The notes under the pieces: model-generated
Databases searched by the model: none
What the model saw: only the letters and a program-made list of their open reading frames with translations
Told to the model about the DNA's origin: nothing
Shown: positions 22,121 to 35,970 of the stretch, piece after piece
Layout: the number at the start of each line of letters is the position of its first letter
Numbering within the stretch: the first letter of the stretch is position 1
Assembly (NCBI RefSeq): GCF_036971445.1
Contig: NC_091471.1
Location: forward strand, 289,168,001 to 289,232,000
Source: Narcine bancroftii
Lineage: Eukaryota
Direction: 5' to 3'
Length of the DNA stretch: 64,000 nucleotides
Made by a program: the position numbers and the translations under genes

Positions 22121-24522
22121 GAATATGTCAAGTGAAGTGAAGAGAGCAGCAGTCAGTGCAGTGTAGGTACCTCATATCCTTGCCGGTAAGCCTGAAACTG
22201 GAGCACAAGGCCACTAGGCTCAAAGTGGCAGTGGAGGCAATTAGAGAGAAAGGCAACATAGCTGTGGTTATGGGACTGGCTGAGCACATGGTTGGGCACT
22301 GCAGGGATAACAGATGGTAGAGCAGAGAGAGAGAGAGAGAATCCCACCAAACTCCCTTCGGAGAACAAAGGAGAACTTCTTCTGGGGAGGCATTCCTCAA
22401 AGAGATTTAACAGAAATGTGCAGTGGACAGAAGTAAAGACAAAAGTCTGCAGACACTATTGTGGAAGTAAAAACATAATGCTGGAGAAACTCAGTAGGTC
22501 AAAGAGTGTTCTTTAAATAGCAAAGCTAAAGACACATAATCAATGATTCAGGCTTGAGCCCTTCATCAAGATATGGACAAAATGTAGACAGGGGCCTGGA
22601 CAAAATGGTGGGACATGGGGTAAAGTCCCGCAAGCAGGAGGTAATAGTTGGATAAGGGAGGAAGGGCACATCAGCAAACTAGGGGAGGGAGTTGCTCTGA
22701 GAATGGAAAGGGGTTGGAGAGCTGGAGAAAGAAGACAGAGAGATGGTGAAGAGAGAGGAAGAATGAAGAGAAGGCCAGCAGAAAGTGGAGAAGTCGATGT
22801 TAATGCCATCTGGCTGGACAGGGCAAGATAGATAAATAACATGTAGCTCCTGCAATTTAGAGGATTGCAATCTATAGATCCCTATAAAAGGTAGAAAAGT
22901 TGGATGGGTGCTGAAGAAGTTGTATGGGAAGCTTTCCTTCATTACGCATGGCACAGCATAAAGATATCACATTACAACTTTGTCAAGTTTTGGTTTGGCC
23001 ACAGTATCATGTGCACTCATTGTTCCCACATCATTAAAGAATGTCATGGCTTTTGACAGAGTGAAGAGGAGATTCACCACGATGTTGCCTGGATTGGAAG
23101 ATTTCAAAAATAAGATGTTTGTCAGGCTGGGCCTGTTTCCCCTGGATGGACAAGAGAAACAAAAAGAAAAATCACCATTGTTTCAACTGGACCAAAAATA
23201 GAAATTCTACAGTAATGAGAGAAAGTCAAAGGGTGGGGGTGCTGAGGTGAATGACTCACCTCTCGATAATACAAAGCCTTTCCAACATTTCCTTGCATGA
23301 TGGAACACTCTCCTCATGTCTGCTTGAGTGCAGCTTGAACATAATTCTGCAACACCATCTAGGAAAAGGAGGCCAATTGATTGGCTCCTTATTCACAACC
23401 CTGTTCGTGCATTTCCTCCATCATCGGTGCACAGTGGCTGCAGAGAGTTCCATATACAAAATGGCTCTGAAGTTACTTTTCCAGGCCTCTCCAAAGGTCC
23501 ACCCAGTCCTGTCCTACCACAATGATACAACATGTATGTGAGCACCATAACCAGGAGGATGAATCTCAAGTCACACACTATCCTGATGTGAAAATTCTGG
23601 ATGGACCTTCTTTGTCATTGAGCCTAAATCCAGGATCTCTAGAGCACTGTGAGAATTGAGGTAACTTGTTGGTGTTAAAGGACAGGAGAAACTGTCAATG
23701 TTCTTCCCAGAAAGGAGGAGTTTGCACAGAGATCTTATTGTTCGATTTAAAATAATAGAGTCCAGATAGAGTACGAAGGGAGTTTTATTAGAGGAGATTC
23801 AAGAACCAGGGGACATGGTTTCCCTTCATACTGCCTTGGTGAGGGAGAGAGGCGAGGAGAGGGATCACTGCTACAGGAGGGCAAGAGGTCACCGTTGTGG
23901 GGGGGGGAAATAGAGGTCACTGCCGCGGGGGGGGGGGGGCGAGAGAGTGGGGGGCTGTGAACTGCAGTTCCTGCGAACACCACTCCAGTTCGCATGACTG
24001 GTCACTGTTTACATCAACGGGATGTTGCTGGGGAAGTCATATGATGGAGTAGTGGCCGGACGGTGAACTCCAGCCCTCTCCAGAAAAGTTGAAAGAAATA
24101 AAGGAAAGCACAAAGGCACAAAAATAAAAATTAAAGTAAAGTGAATATAAAGGTGGAAAGAAGATGGCGACGAAAAAAGAAAAGTCGAAACCAACGGTAA
24201 GAAGAGAGGAAGAGAAGACAACGGAAGAAGAAGGAGAAGGCCTTACCTGTTCGAAGAGGCCCGCAGTGGAGAGAGAAGCCCGCTCCCTCAGGTCGGTAGA
24301 AAGTGGACTACAAAAATGGCTCCCTGAGCCGAGTAAAAGTGCCCAACCTCGCACATGCGCGATGCGCATGCAAAAAAACACGCCGACGGGAGGGGGGACC
24401 AGCTGGGGAGTCGATCTCCACAGCCGGCAATGACAGCTACAGAACAGCAGCAGCAAGAGGAGAACATAGAAGACAACGAAAACAAGAAAGAAGAGAAGAA
24501 AAAGAAAACAAAGAAACAACAG

Positions 24523-25396
24523 ATGGCCAACCCAGAGGAAGAAGAAGAGGAAGAGGAAGAGTACAGTGAAATGGAAGAAGGGAAAGGCAAGACAATGGAT
24601 ATATTTTCTCTTATTAAAGAATACATGGATTCATTTAAAGAATGGCAAGCACAAGAATTTAGTGATTTAAGAAGAAGAATAAACAGTACAGAAGAGAAAG
24701 TGAATAAAATAGATATGACCATATCAGAAATAGGAAAAAGAATGGACAAGGTGGAAGAACGAGAAGCAGCAGTAGAAATGGAGGTAGAGGACTTAAAAAA
24801 GAAATTAGAAGAATCTAATAAAAAAAGTTAAAGAGACACAAGAACTGTTAGCTCAGAAAATAGATATAATGGAAAATTATAACAGAAGAAATAATATAAA
24901 GAGAGTGGGCCTTAAGGAAGATGAAGAAGGCAAGAATATGAGAGAGTTTATAAAAGACTGGATCCCTAGGATCTTAGGATGTCCAGAACTACAGCAAGAA
25001 ATGGAAATAGAAAGGGCACATAGAGCATTAGCCTTTAAACCACAACCACAACAAAAGCCAAGATCCATTTTAGTAAAATTCCTAAGATATACTACAAGAG
25101 AAAAGGTACTGGAGAAAACAATGGAGAAAGTAAGAGAGGACAACGAGCCACTGGAGTACAAAGGGCAAAAATTTTTTATTTATCCAGATATAAGTTTTGA
25201 ACTCCTGAAGAAGAGAAAGGAGTTCAATACAGCAAAGGCGATTTTATGGAAGAAAGGGTATAAATTTATACTAAAGCATCCAGCGGTATTGAAAATATTT
25301 ATTCCAGGGCAGCAAAACAGACTATTCTCGGATCCAGAGGAAGCACGAAAATTTGCAGAACAATTACAAAATAGACTGAGAGATGAAGACGTGTAA
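24523..25396 (+). pseudogene. L1 ORF1p, one frameshift in an A run near 24820-24827
   Basis: ORF pieces 24355-24831 and 24869-25396 join into a typical L1 ORF1 (Transposase_22-like). Confidence 0.85.
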
Positions 25397-25899
25397 CGAG
25401 AGTACAAAAGACTGCGAACTAAAAAGACGTGTGTATAGAACTATATACATATATAATACATATATTACATAAGTGTATGTGCATTTAAAAGAAAATATAT
25501 AGTGTATAGAGAAGAATTAATGAGGTAAAAAAAGGTGAAGAGAGGAGTAAAGAGGGAATTTAGAGAGTGACCTTTGTTGTATATAAAAATTGAAATCTTT
25601 TCTGGGGGGGGGGGCTGGGTAGGGAGAAATTACGGTCACTGCAAAATCAGTTGACGCTTGCGAGTGAATTCGCAAATCCAAATGGAGAGGGGAGATGTGG
25701 TTGCCCGACAAGGGATAATGGGCAACTCAGGAAGGGGAGGGGACAATGGGGTTAAAGAAATATTAGGTAGGAGAATAAGGGGAATGTTTGATGTGTTAAA
25801 AATGTTGTCTTATAAACTGTTCAAAAAAAGAAAGCAGAAATGGATGAGAAGGAAAGGTGATGATGAGGAAACGGAAGGGAAAGATAAACAAAGTATAAA

Positions 25900-28800
25900 A
25901 TGGCTACATTAAACTATATGACTTTAAATATTAACGGAATACGTAACCAAATCAAAAGGAAGAAACTGCTAAATTTACTGAAAAAAGAAAAAATTGATAT
26001 TGCATTTGTGCAAGAAACACACTTAACTGAAGTGGAGCACAAGAAATTAAAGAGAGATTGGATAGGACATGTAACAGCAGCGTCATATAACTCAAAAGCT
26101 AGAGGAGGAGTGGCTATACTAATCAGTAAAAATGTACCAATTAAAATAGAAGAGGAAATAATAGATTCAGCAGGAAGATATGTAATGATAAAATGTCAGA
26201 TATATTCGGAGTTTTGGAATTTACTTAATATATATTCGCCTAATGAAGAAGATCAAAAATTTATGCAGGATATTTTTCTGAAGATAGCAGATACGCAAGG
26301 GAATATATTAATAGGAGGGGATTTCAATCTCAATTTGGATTCAAACATAGATAAAACCGGGAAAAAATTAACAGAAAGAATAAAGTAACCAAATTTATAA
26401 TTAAATCGATGCAAGAAATGCAACTTTTGGATATATGGAGGAAACAACACCCAAAGGAAAAGGAATATTCATATTATTCGGATAGACATAAAACATATTC
26501 AAGAATAGATTTATTCCTGTTATCAGCTTGTATCCAAGATAGAGTTAGGAAAACAGAATATAAAGTTAGAATATTATCGGACCATTCACCCTTGATATTG
26601 ACAATAGAGTTAGAATGTATAGATGGAGATTAAACCCCATGCTACTTAAAAGACAGGATTTTAGAGAATTCATAGAAAGACAAATTAAAATGTATTTTGA
26701 AATAAATACGGAATCAGTGAAGGATAAATTTATATTATGGGATGCAATGAAAGCGTTCATCAGAGGGCAAATAATAAGTTACGTAACTAAGATGAAGAAG
26801 GATTACAATCAGGAAACAGAACAGTTGGAAAAGGAAATAGCAGATATAGAGAAAGAATTAGCAAGGAAGGAAGACACTACTAAAAGAAGGGAATTGGTAG
26901 ATAAAAAAATAAAATATGAAACATTTCAAACATATAAGGTGGAGAAAAATATAATGAAGACAAAGCAGAAATATTACGAACTAGGAGAAAAAACGCACAA
27001 AATTCTAGCGTGGCAGCTTAAGACAGAACAAACTAAAAGAATGGTATTGGCATCAAGGAAAAAAGACAAACAAATCACATATAATCCAATGGAAATTAAT
27101 GAAAATTTCAGAGAATTCTACGAACAATTATACCAAACTGAAAACGAAGGGAAAGAAGGCAAAATAGATGAATTCTTAACTAAAATTGAACTACCGAAAT
27201 TACAAACAGAGGAACAAAATAAATTAATAGAACTATTTGAAATAGTAGAAATACAAGAGACAATAAAAAATCTGCCGAATAATAAAACACCAGGAGAGGA
27301 TGGTCTCCCAATAGAATTCTATAAAACATTTAAAGATTTATTAATTCCTCCCCTCCTGGAAGTAATCAACCAGATTGATAAAACACAAAGCTTACCAGAT
27401 TCATGCAAAACAGCAATAATTACAGTAATACCAAAGGCAGGGAAAGATCCACTTGCACCAGCATCATATCGACCAATATCTCTACTTAACACAGATTACA
27501 AGATAATAGCTAAATTATTAGCAAACAGATTAGCTGATTATGTACCAAAAATAGTAAGTCTAGACCAAACTGGATTCATAAAAAAAAGACAAACAACAGA
27601 TAATATTTGTAAGTTTATTAACTTAATTCATGCAGTAGAAGGAAATAAAACTCCAACAGTAGCGGTTGCTTTAGACGCAGAGAAGGCCTTCGACAGAGTA
27701 GAATGGAATTATTTATTCAAGGTACTACAAAAATTTAGTTTACCAGAGAAATATATTAATTGGATTAAAGCATTATATAAGGGGCCATTGGCAAGAGTGA
27801 CAGTAAATGGATATGTATCAAAACATTTTAACTTAAGTAGATCAACAAGACAGGGATGCCCACTATCACCTTTATTGTTCGCGTTAGCCATAGAACCACT
27901 TGCAGAACTGATAAGAACAGAAAATAAAATAAAAGGGATAAAAATAAAAGGCAAGGAATACAAAATCAGTTTATTTGGAGATGATGTTATAGTATACCTA
28001 ACGGAACCAGAAACATCAATAAAAGAATTACATAAGAAATTGAAGGAGTATGGAGAAGTGTCAGGATACAAGATTAATGCAAATAAAAGTGAAGCAATGC
28101 CAATGAATAATGCGGATTTCTCAGAATTCAAGAAAGAATCACCGTTTAGATGGCAAATGCAAACAATACGATACCTAGGTATACAAATAAATAAAAACCT
28201 CAGCCATCTATATAAACTTAATTATTATCCACTAATGAAAAAAAATACAGGAAGATTTAGAGCATTGGAAAGACTTACCATTAACACTAAAGGAAGGATA
28301 AACTGTATTAAAATGAACATTTTCCCAAGGATACAATACCTATTTCAGGCACTGCCAATACAACTGACAGAAAAATTCTTTAAGGAGTTAAAGAAAATAA
28401 TAAGGAATTTTTTGTGGAAAGGGGGGAAACCGAGGATAGCACTAGATAAATTAACAGAATGGTATAGACAAGGAGGCTTACAACTGCTAAATTTTAAAAA
28501 TTATTATAGAGCCGCACAATTAAGATATCTATCAGATTTTTACCAAACAAAAGAAAAGCCAGATTGGACTAGATTAGAGCTAGACAAAATAGGGGAGAAG
28601 ATACCTGAACATATATTATATAAATGGGATGAAAAATTGGTAAAACATAGGAATTCTCCAGTATTGCACCATTTGCTTAATATTTGGAAGAAGATTCATG
28701 TAGAAAGAAATAAAACAAACTACCAATGATCAAAACTAATACTGACGCAAAATCAGCTAATCCCTTTTATGGTAGATAACCTGTCTTTTAGAGAATGGGA

Positions 28801-29710
28801 GAAAAAAGGGATTAAAAGAATAGAAAATTGTTTTCGGGGAATAAATTATTATCCTTTGAACAAATGAAGGATAAATATAATATAACTCAAGATACAGTGC
28901 TGGCATATTACCAATTGAAATCCTATTTAAAGGATAAATTGGGAAGTAGTCTGAAGTAGTCAAGCAATTTTGAATATCTGATTACAGACACAATGATAAT
29001 TAAAAAATTTATAACAAACATGTATATCAAATTACAAGAAAAGGAGAATGAGGAAATAAATGATAAAACTATACAAAAGTGGGAACAAGATCTAAACATA
29101 AAGATAAAAAAGGAAACATGGGAGAGGTTATGTTTAGGAACTATGAGAAATACAATAAATACGAGATTACGTATGATACAATATAATTGGATACATAGGT
29201 TATATATCACTCCTCAAAAGTTAAATAAATGGGATCCAACAGTATCTGACAGATGTTTTCATTGTAAAAAAGAAATAGGAACAACAATTCATGCAATCTC
29301 GACTTGTAAAAAGGTGAAAAAATTTTGGGAAGATCTAAACCAGATATTAAATAAAATTTCAGAAAGCAATATACCAAAAAACCCAGAGATCTTCCTCCTA
29401 AGTAACATAAAAAATAAAGAATTTGGACTTGATTTGGAGGGTGTACAAAAAAGATTTGTTAAGATAGCCCTAGCTGTAGCAAAAAAATGCATTATGTCAA
29501 ACTGGAAATTAGAAGATAATTTGAAAATACAGGCAATGGTATATAGAAATGAATAAATGTATTCCATTAGAAAAAAATAACATATAGTTTAAGAAATAAT
29601 ATAACATTATTTGAACAAATATGGGAGCCGTACATGGAATATAATAGAGAAAACCTACCGGGACATCTATCACCTAAAATGACAAAAGGAAAAGAGAATG
29701 GAAAGAATTG
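25900..29710 (+). pseudogene. L1 ORF2p (endonuclease-RT), several frameshifts and stops
   Basis: Consecutive ORF pieces 25900-26388, 26409-26633, 26615-28729, 28993-29556. Confidence 0.9.
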
Positions 29711-29934
29711 ACTCAGTGGAAGTTTTTGTTCGTTAATGTTGAGTGACAACATTGTTTGATGGGTTTGATGTATCTTGGACTCAGAGTTTTGAATGGATGG
29801 AGGGGGAGGTGGGGGGGGGAGGGGAGGAGGGAGGGGGGAGAAAACGACACTGTATATATTTGAAAGGAGAAATGTGTATATCTTGAATAATGTGATCTAT
29901 AGTGTGAAAAATAAAAAATTTAAAAAATAAAAGA

Positions 29935-30168
29935 GGAGTGTGGGGGTGGGATTCTGTCGGGGAGTGTGGGCGTGGGATACTGTCGGGGACTGTGGGGGTG
30001 GAATACTGTCGGGGGTGTGGGGATGTGATACTGTCGGGGAGTGTGGGCGTGGGATACTGTTGGGGAGTGTGGAGATGTGATATTGTCGGGGAGTGTGGGG
30101 GTGGGATACTGTCGAAGAGTGTTGGGGTGGGATACTGTCGGGGAGTGTGGGGGTGGGATACTGTCGGA
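29935..30168 (+). repeat. G-rich minisatellite, ~26-bp unit (gtcggggagtgtgggggtgggatact), ~9 copies
   Basis: Direct inspection. Confidence 0.9.
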
Positions 30169-30428
30169 ATCAGTCACACAAAGATTTATGCTGGGATTTA
30201 TCTGTCACTCACGGGGTCTTTTTTTGTGCAGGGGTGATCTGATGTCTTATTGTCTCCAGAACTGCCAGTAGATGGTGCTAGGATTTTGTGTTTGCATAAT
30301 AATCATACACTGTTCAGTCATGTGTGTTCAGATTTGACCTGTTATAAAATTATCACACATTAGTCACGTGTGTTGGAAGATTGTTTAGGGGTATCTGGGG
30401 AACACGGGGGCCCAGGTGGATGGGGGTG

Positions 30429-30612
30429 TGTGATAGTACAGATTCTATCACCAATGTGTATATGTATAGATTGTACTGTAGGATGATTGTGATTGGCTGC
30501 CACGCCTACTGGCAGGTCTTAAAGGGTTGCTCCTAGCCAGACCAGGTCATTCTGGACTGGTCGACCTACATGTGATACGTTCCAGTCTTCTAGTTAATAA
30601 AAGCCTTGGTTT
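30429..30612 (+). mobile_element. LTR-like segment ending at its poly(A) site (part of the L1 3' transduction)
   Basis: Starts TG, has gattggc (CCAAT reverse) and a cttaaa TATA-like box, AATAAA at 30596-30601, then a poly(A) tail at 30613. Confidence 0.5.
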
Positions 30613-30626
30613 AAAAAAAAACAAAA

Positions 30627-30640
30627 AACGGGATGTTGCT
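30627..30640 (+). repeat. Right target-site duplication (AACGGGATGTTGCT; left copy 24016-24029)
   Basis: Exact 14-bp direct repeat flanking L1 plus transduced DNA plus poly(A). Confidence 0.85.
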
Positions 30641-31315
30641 CGGGATGGGGCATGTGACTCACGGGGTGGATAACATCTGACAGGAGGTAAGGAAACTGAT
30701 TGGGTGATTGATGGTGGGTGGTGACTCAAGGTGGGTAAACTAATAGGGGTAGCGACTGACATTCGATGGGAGGGGTGGGTGGGATGCATCACTTATCGTG
30801 TCTTCATGGAGGTTTCCAGCACCTTTGCCCCAATAATCACACCTGGGTCCCAGGAGGGCTACCCAGGTGCTGCAGTTTAAATGAGCCTATCGTCTTTACA
30901 CTCTCTTTTATGTAGTGGGAAAAAAGCTTGGAAAGGTGCAGGGGAAGGCGAAGGGGAGTGGGGCAAGTCAGAGATGCAGGAGAGTGACAGGTGTGGCAAG
31001 AGAGAGAAGAGATGAGAGCAGAAAGGGATGAGAGTGGGCAACGGGAGGGACAGGGAATGAGAGGGGTGGGGAACGAGGGTGGCGGGAAATGAGGGGGGTT
31101 GGGAAAGAGAAAAAAGCAAGGAGGTAAAATGGGAGGCAATAAGGGAAGACAGATGGATACGTGGGGAACAGGGAGGGACTGATATTCGTGTGGAGAAAGT
31201 GAGAAGAAAGAAGTTCGTTGAGAAAGTTAATAATGGAATTGGGAATCGTGTATGAAGGAGATGGCAGAAGAGTTTCTATTGGGTGTGAGTCCTGGAGCCA
31301 TGGAGATTGAGTCTC

Positions 31316-33960
31316 TGGCACAGAGACTGGACACTTGTCTCAGAAGGGAAGGGAGGAAAAGAGCAGGGCTATAGTAGTTGGGGACTCGCTGGTTAGGAGA
31401 GCAGATAGGAGGTTTGCTGGATGATATCGGGGATTCCAATTGGCATGTTGCCTCCCAGAAGCCAGGGTCAGGGATGTCTCTGATCGAGTCTACAACATTC
31501 TGAAAGGGGAGGGTGAGCACCCTGAAGTCATGGTCCACGTGGGGACCAATGATATAGTTGGAAGTGGGGATGAGGTCCTGAAAATGGTTTACATAGAGTT
31601 AGGGAAGAAGTTGAAAAGAGATCCTCAAGGGTGGTAATCTCGGGATTGCTGTCTGTGCCACATGCTAGTGAGGGTAGAAATATGAAGTTGTGGAGGGTGA
31701 ATGTGTGGCTGAGGAGCTGGGGCAGGGGTTTAGATTTCTGGATTATTTGGATCTCTTCTGGGGCAAAAGAAAAGGAAAAGGATGTACTTGTACTGGAGGG
31801 GGACCAATATCCTGGTGAGCAGGTTCACCAGAGCTGTTGGTGAGGGTTTAAAATAGTTTGGCGGTGGGGTGGGGGGGAGGGTATGGGAGGGGGGGCTGTG
31901 GGAATCAGAATGAGAGTACAGAGAACAGATGGAAGAACACCTAGATTGGAAGGAATGGAGGGAACAGATGAAAATATAAATAAAGAAGGGAGTAAGGTAA
32001 ATATAAGTGGTAACAAAAGGAATATATGTGGAGGACAGTTTCTCAAGTGCATAAATTTTAATGCAAGGATTATTGTAAATAAGGAGGATGAGCTTAAGGC
32101 ATGGATGGCCACATGGAAAAAATACAATATTGTGGCCATCAGTGAAACTTGGTTGCAGGAAGAGCATGTTTGGCTGTTAAATATTCCAGATTCTGTTGTT
32201 TTGGGCGTGAAAGTGCGGGGAGGGGGGGATAAAATGTGGAGGAGTTGCATTGCTTATTAGAGAACATTACAGCAGTGCTGTGACAGGATGATTTGGTGGG
32301 ATCATCTGGTGGGGCTATTTGGGTGGAATTGAGGAATGGCAGAGGCATGAATACATTAATGGGAGTGTATTATATACACCGAATGGGCTGAGGGAATTAG
32401 AGGAGCAAATTTGTAAGGAGATTGCATATATGTGTAATGAACACATAGTTGTGGGAGATTTCAGCTTTCCGAACATTAACTGGGATGCCCAAACAGTAAG
32501 ATGGCTGAATGGGGTAGAGTTTGTTAAATGTGTTCAGGACAGTTTTCTGAATCAATATATAGCAGAGGCGTCTCGAGAAAGGGCAGTATTGGATCTCCTA
32601 TGAGGGAATGAGGTAGGTCAACAAAGGATCCAAAAGAAAACCTGGTAATTATAGATAATTATAGGCCTGTATGGCTGATGTCAAGAGTTGGGTAAATTAA
32701 TGGAAGATATTCTTAAGAGATGGTATATACAACTATTTGGAAAGACAGGGATTGATTCAGATTAGTCAGCATGGTTTTGTACGTGGTAGATCATGCCTAA
32801 CAAATCTTACAGAGTTTTTTTATGGAGGTTACTAAAAAGGTTGATGAGGGGAAGGTGGAGGATGTTGTCTATTTGGGCTTTAGTAAGCTTTTGTTAAGGT
32901 TCTCCATAAGAGTTTAGTAAAGAAAGTGTAAGCATTAGGTATTAATGATGAAATAGTGAAATGGTTAACAGTGGTTTGGGGAGATGCCAGAGAATAGCAG
33001 TGGAAAATTGTTTGTTGAATTGGAGGCTGGTATTGAGCGGAGAGCCTCAGGGATCATTACTGGATCCACTGCTGTTTGTTATATATATGTTAATGATCTA
33101 GATGATAGGGTGAAAAATTGGATTAGTAAATTAGCAGATGATACTAAGGTTGGTGGTGATGTGGACAGTGAGGAAGATTATGAAAGCTGGGTGATATAGG
33201 ACAGTTAGAAGAGTGGGCTGGAAGATGGCAGATGGAGTTTAATACTGATAAATGTGAGATGCTACATTTTGGTAGGACTAATCAAAATAGGATATTCATG
33301 TTAAATGGTAGACAATTGAGGAATGTAGTGGTACAAAGGGATTTAGGAGTCATGGTACATCATTCTCTGAAAGTTGAATCACACGTGGATAGGGTGGTGA
33401 AGAAAGCATTTAGTATGTTGGCTTTCACAAGTCAGAGTATAAAAGACTGCAATTGGAATGTTATGTTGAAATTGTATAAGGCATTGCTGAGGCCAAATTT
33501 GGATTGCTGTATGCAGTTTTGGTCGCCGAATTACAGAAAAGATATGAACAGTAAGGAGTGCAGAGGTGATTGACAAGAATGTTCCAGAACTTTCAGGGTT
33601 TGAGTTACAGGGAATGTTGAACAGGCTGGGAGTTTATTCTCTGGAGAGTAGAAGGTTGAGGGGGGATTTGAGAGAGGTATTCCAAATTATAAGGGGGATA
33701 GATAGAATCAATGTCAATTGGGTTTTGCCACTGAGAGTTGGGGAGAGGGCATGGACTGAGAGTAAAAGGGGAAAAGTTTAATGGAAATCTAAGGGGGAAT
33801 TTCTTCACCCAAAGGGTGGTGCATCATCGATAGAACTTCCGGCAGTGATGGTAGAAGCAAGATCGATGTTAATATTCAAGGGAGAGGAGTGGAGGATTAT
33901 GGACCAAATGCAGGTCAGTGGGACTAGGTGGGAGATGATGTTCAGCATGGACTAGTATGG
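31316..33960 (+). mobile_element. Degenerate CR1-clade LINE with internal deletion
   Basis: Esterase (VVGDSLVR, VMVHVGTNDI), endonuclease (CINFNAR, ISETWL, VGDFSFPNINW), abrupt jump at ~32620 to RT (NYRPV, ADDTKV, FNTDKCEMLHFG, QFWSPNYRKD). Confidence 0.9.
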
Positions 33961-35309
33961 CCAAACTAGCTGTAAATAATTATATGTGAGGTGATCAGAC
34001 AAAAACCCTACTATTGTGTTATGGGTTATATTATATATAAATATACTTTTAAAAGAGATAGATTGTGGGAGTTTAGTGTAGGTCACCACAAACAGAATAA
34101 CAATACACCTCTTATGTAAAATGCAAGAGTTTTGCTGAAGCCAGAATTCACGCACCAGTGGCTTTGCAAAAGACAAAGGGACTGTTTTGGAAGGTATTTT
34201 AAAAAGCAGGTGCAAATAAACAGCCCCTGATCAAAGTGCTGATAATGATCTTTTTTGCAGGGTTGGCCCTGCAAAAGTTTCAGGTTTTAACAAGCAGAAA
34301 GAGAGAGAACTAACTTCTGGAGTGACTTTTGGAAGGTGGCTGGGAAAACCCCATTTTGAAAATGGGTTGTGAGTTCGGAGTTCCTTGTTGTCCTTACAAG
34401 AGGAAATGGGTGGCCAGGGTGTTTCTCCTGAAAGAAGGGAAACAAGAGGAACTCTGTGGTGACCTGGAAGAAGAGGTTATCATTTGTAAAACCCTAATTG
34501 GGCAAGTTTCTTCGGCAAGGCACTGATATGGCTGATCAGAGGGAATCAGTTTGTGTGTGTCCAATGAGCAACAAATTTCTCTGAAACCAACAAGAGCCTT
34601 CCTGAGCAGTATCAAATTCCTTTAGGCACAGGAGCTTGGTGAAAATTCAGTTCTCTGCACAGTATAAGAATTGCCTGACACCAGTGAACAGTGGAGGAGT
34701 GAGTAGTGAGATTGGAGTGTGATTCAAAGAACTTTCCTAAACATTAAATACACATGTGCGAATTAGAAGGGAGTTAAGTGAGGTTAAGTTAAAATTTGAT
34801 CCTGTTTTTATGTTTCAAGAAAATGAAAAGTAACTTTTGTTTAAGTAACCGTTTTCTTGGTGAATTTTCATTGCTGCTGGGTCAGTTTGTGTCAGAATTG
34901 GTCGGTTCTGGTGAAACGTTCTTGGCCCACAATGTTAAACCTCTTTTCCCTCTCACCCCGGATGCTGCCTGACCACCTGAATATTTCCAGCAACTGTTGT
35001 ATTTATTATTCCTCACCAGCCCCAAGTGTTTGGATGGAATTTCATCGTCATTGCGATCCTACCAACCCACATCCTTGTCCCCGATGGATTCCAGTCTCTC
35101 ACAACCGAACTGGCGCACGTTCCTTCCTGATTTTCGATGCCCGAGACTGCTGGAAAAGAGCAATCTCCTCTCACTTCACGGAACCAGGACTCCAACCCGA
35201 GCAGGGAGACGAGTCTCCTCTCACGTCCCACCCGGTCACCGCACGGAAGAGCCAAGAGTGCACAAGGTAACGAGAGCCACACACGGAAACCATTCCTGCA
35301 CTGCGCCTC

Positions 35310-35315
35310 TTTATT
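35310..35315 (-). terminator. Probable poly(A) signal of IgL cluster 3
   Basis: First AATAAA on the minus strand, ~330 nt after the C stop codon. Confidence 0.65.
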
Positions 35316-35647
35316 GGGACCGTTACAGTCTCTCGGTCTGTCGCTAATAACCAATTATAAAATCATTCATTTATGATGTTAAATTCTCCCATGGTGCAAG
35401 AGGAAACCGTTCACCAACTGGAATGTCTCATTGAACCAAGTGGCTGGTCACTTTCATCCCGTGCAGCCCCTCGAGGGGAGCAACTTCGGGAACAAATACT
35501 CATCTCACACAGTGTAAACCACAGGAGGTGAAACAGAAGCAGAGAATACAGTGAAGAGCGAGCGCGCAGAGCGGGGAGCGGCTGAAAGATACAAGGCAGT
35601 GATCTCCCGTTCATCAGGGAGCGAAGGCGCCCGAGGCCGCGCTCTGT

Positions 35648-35970
35648 TCAGCAGCTGGATTGTGCGACTGTAGCGGACGTTGCCGAGGCAGCTCCTTGTT
35701 GAACCGTGCAGGAGTACACCTTGCCTCTGCTCCAGTCTGTGCCGGGCACCTTCAGGTAGCTGCTGAGACTGAAGGTGTTGTCCTTGTTCCGCATCGCCGG
35801 GCTGGTTTCCACCCCCGTCCTCGCCGGACTCCCGTCCACGGTCCAGCTGACGGCGGGGAAGCCCAGCGACAGTTTACTGACCAGGCAAACCAAGGTGCCC
35901 GCTCCTTGAGCGGAGATCTCCTCGGAAGACGGCCCGAGCAGTTTCACTGAAGGTTCGGGGAGATTCTCCG
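35648..35970 (-). CDS. IgL sigma constant exon, cluster 3 (intact)
   Basis: Acceptor AG; (A)ENLPEPSVKLLGPSSEE...TLVCLV...VSWTVDGS...YSCTV...SSC*. Confidence 0.95.

Larger units (their letters stand above)
24030..29932 (+). mobile_element. Near full-length L1/Tx1-clade LINE (5' UTR, ORF1, ORF2, 3' UTR, A-rich tail)
   Basis: Coiled-coil plus RRM ORF1 (RRNNI..GLKE, IERAHR, YPDIS), APE endonuclease (TLNING, QETHL, GDFN, SRID, SDH), RT (QGCPLSP, FGDD), CCHC-type C-terminus; starts right after the left TSD at 24016-24029. Confidence 0.95.
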
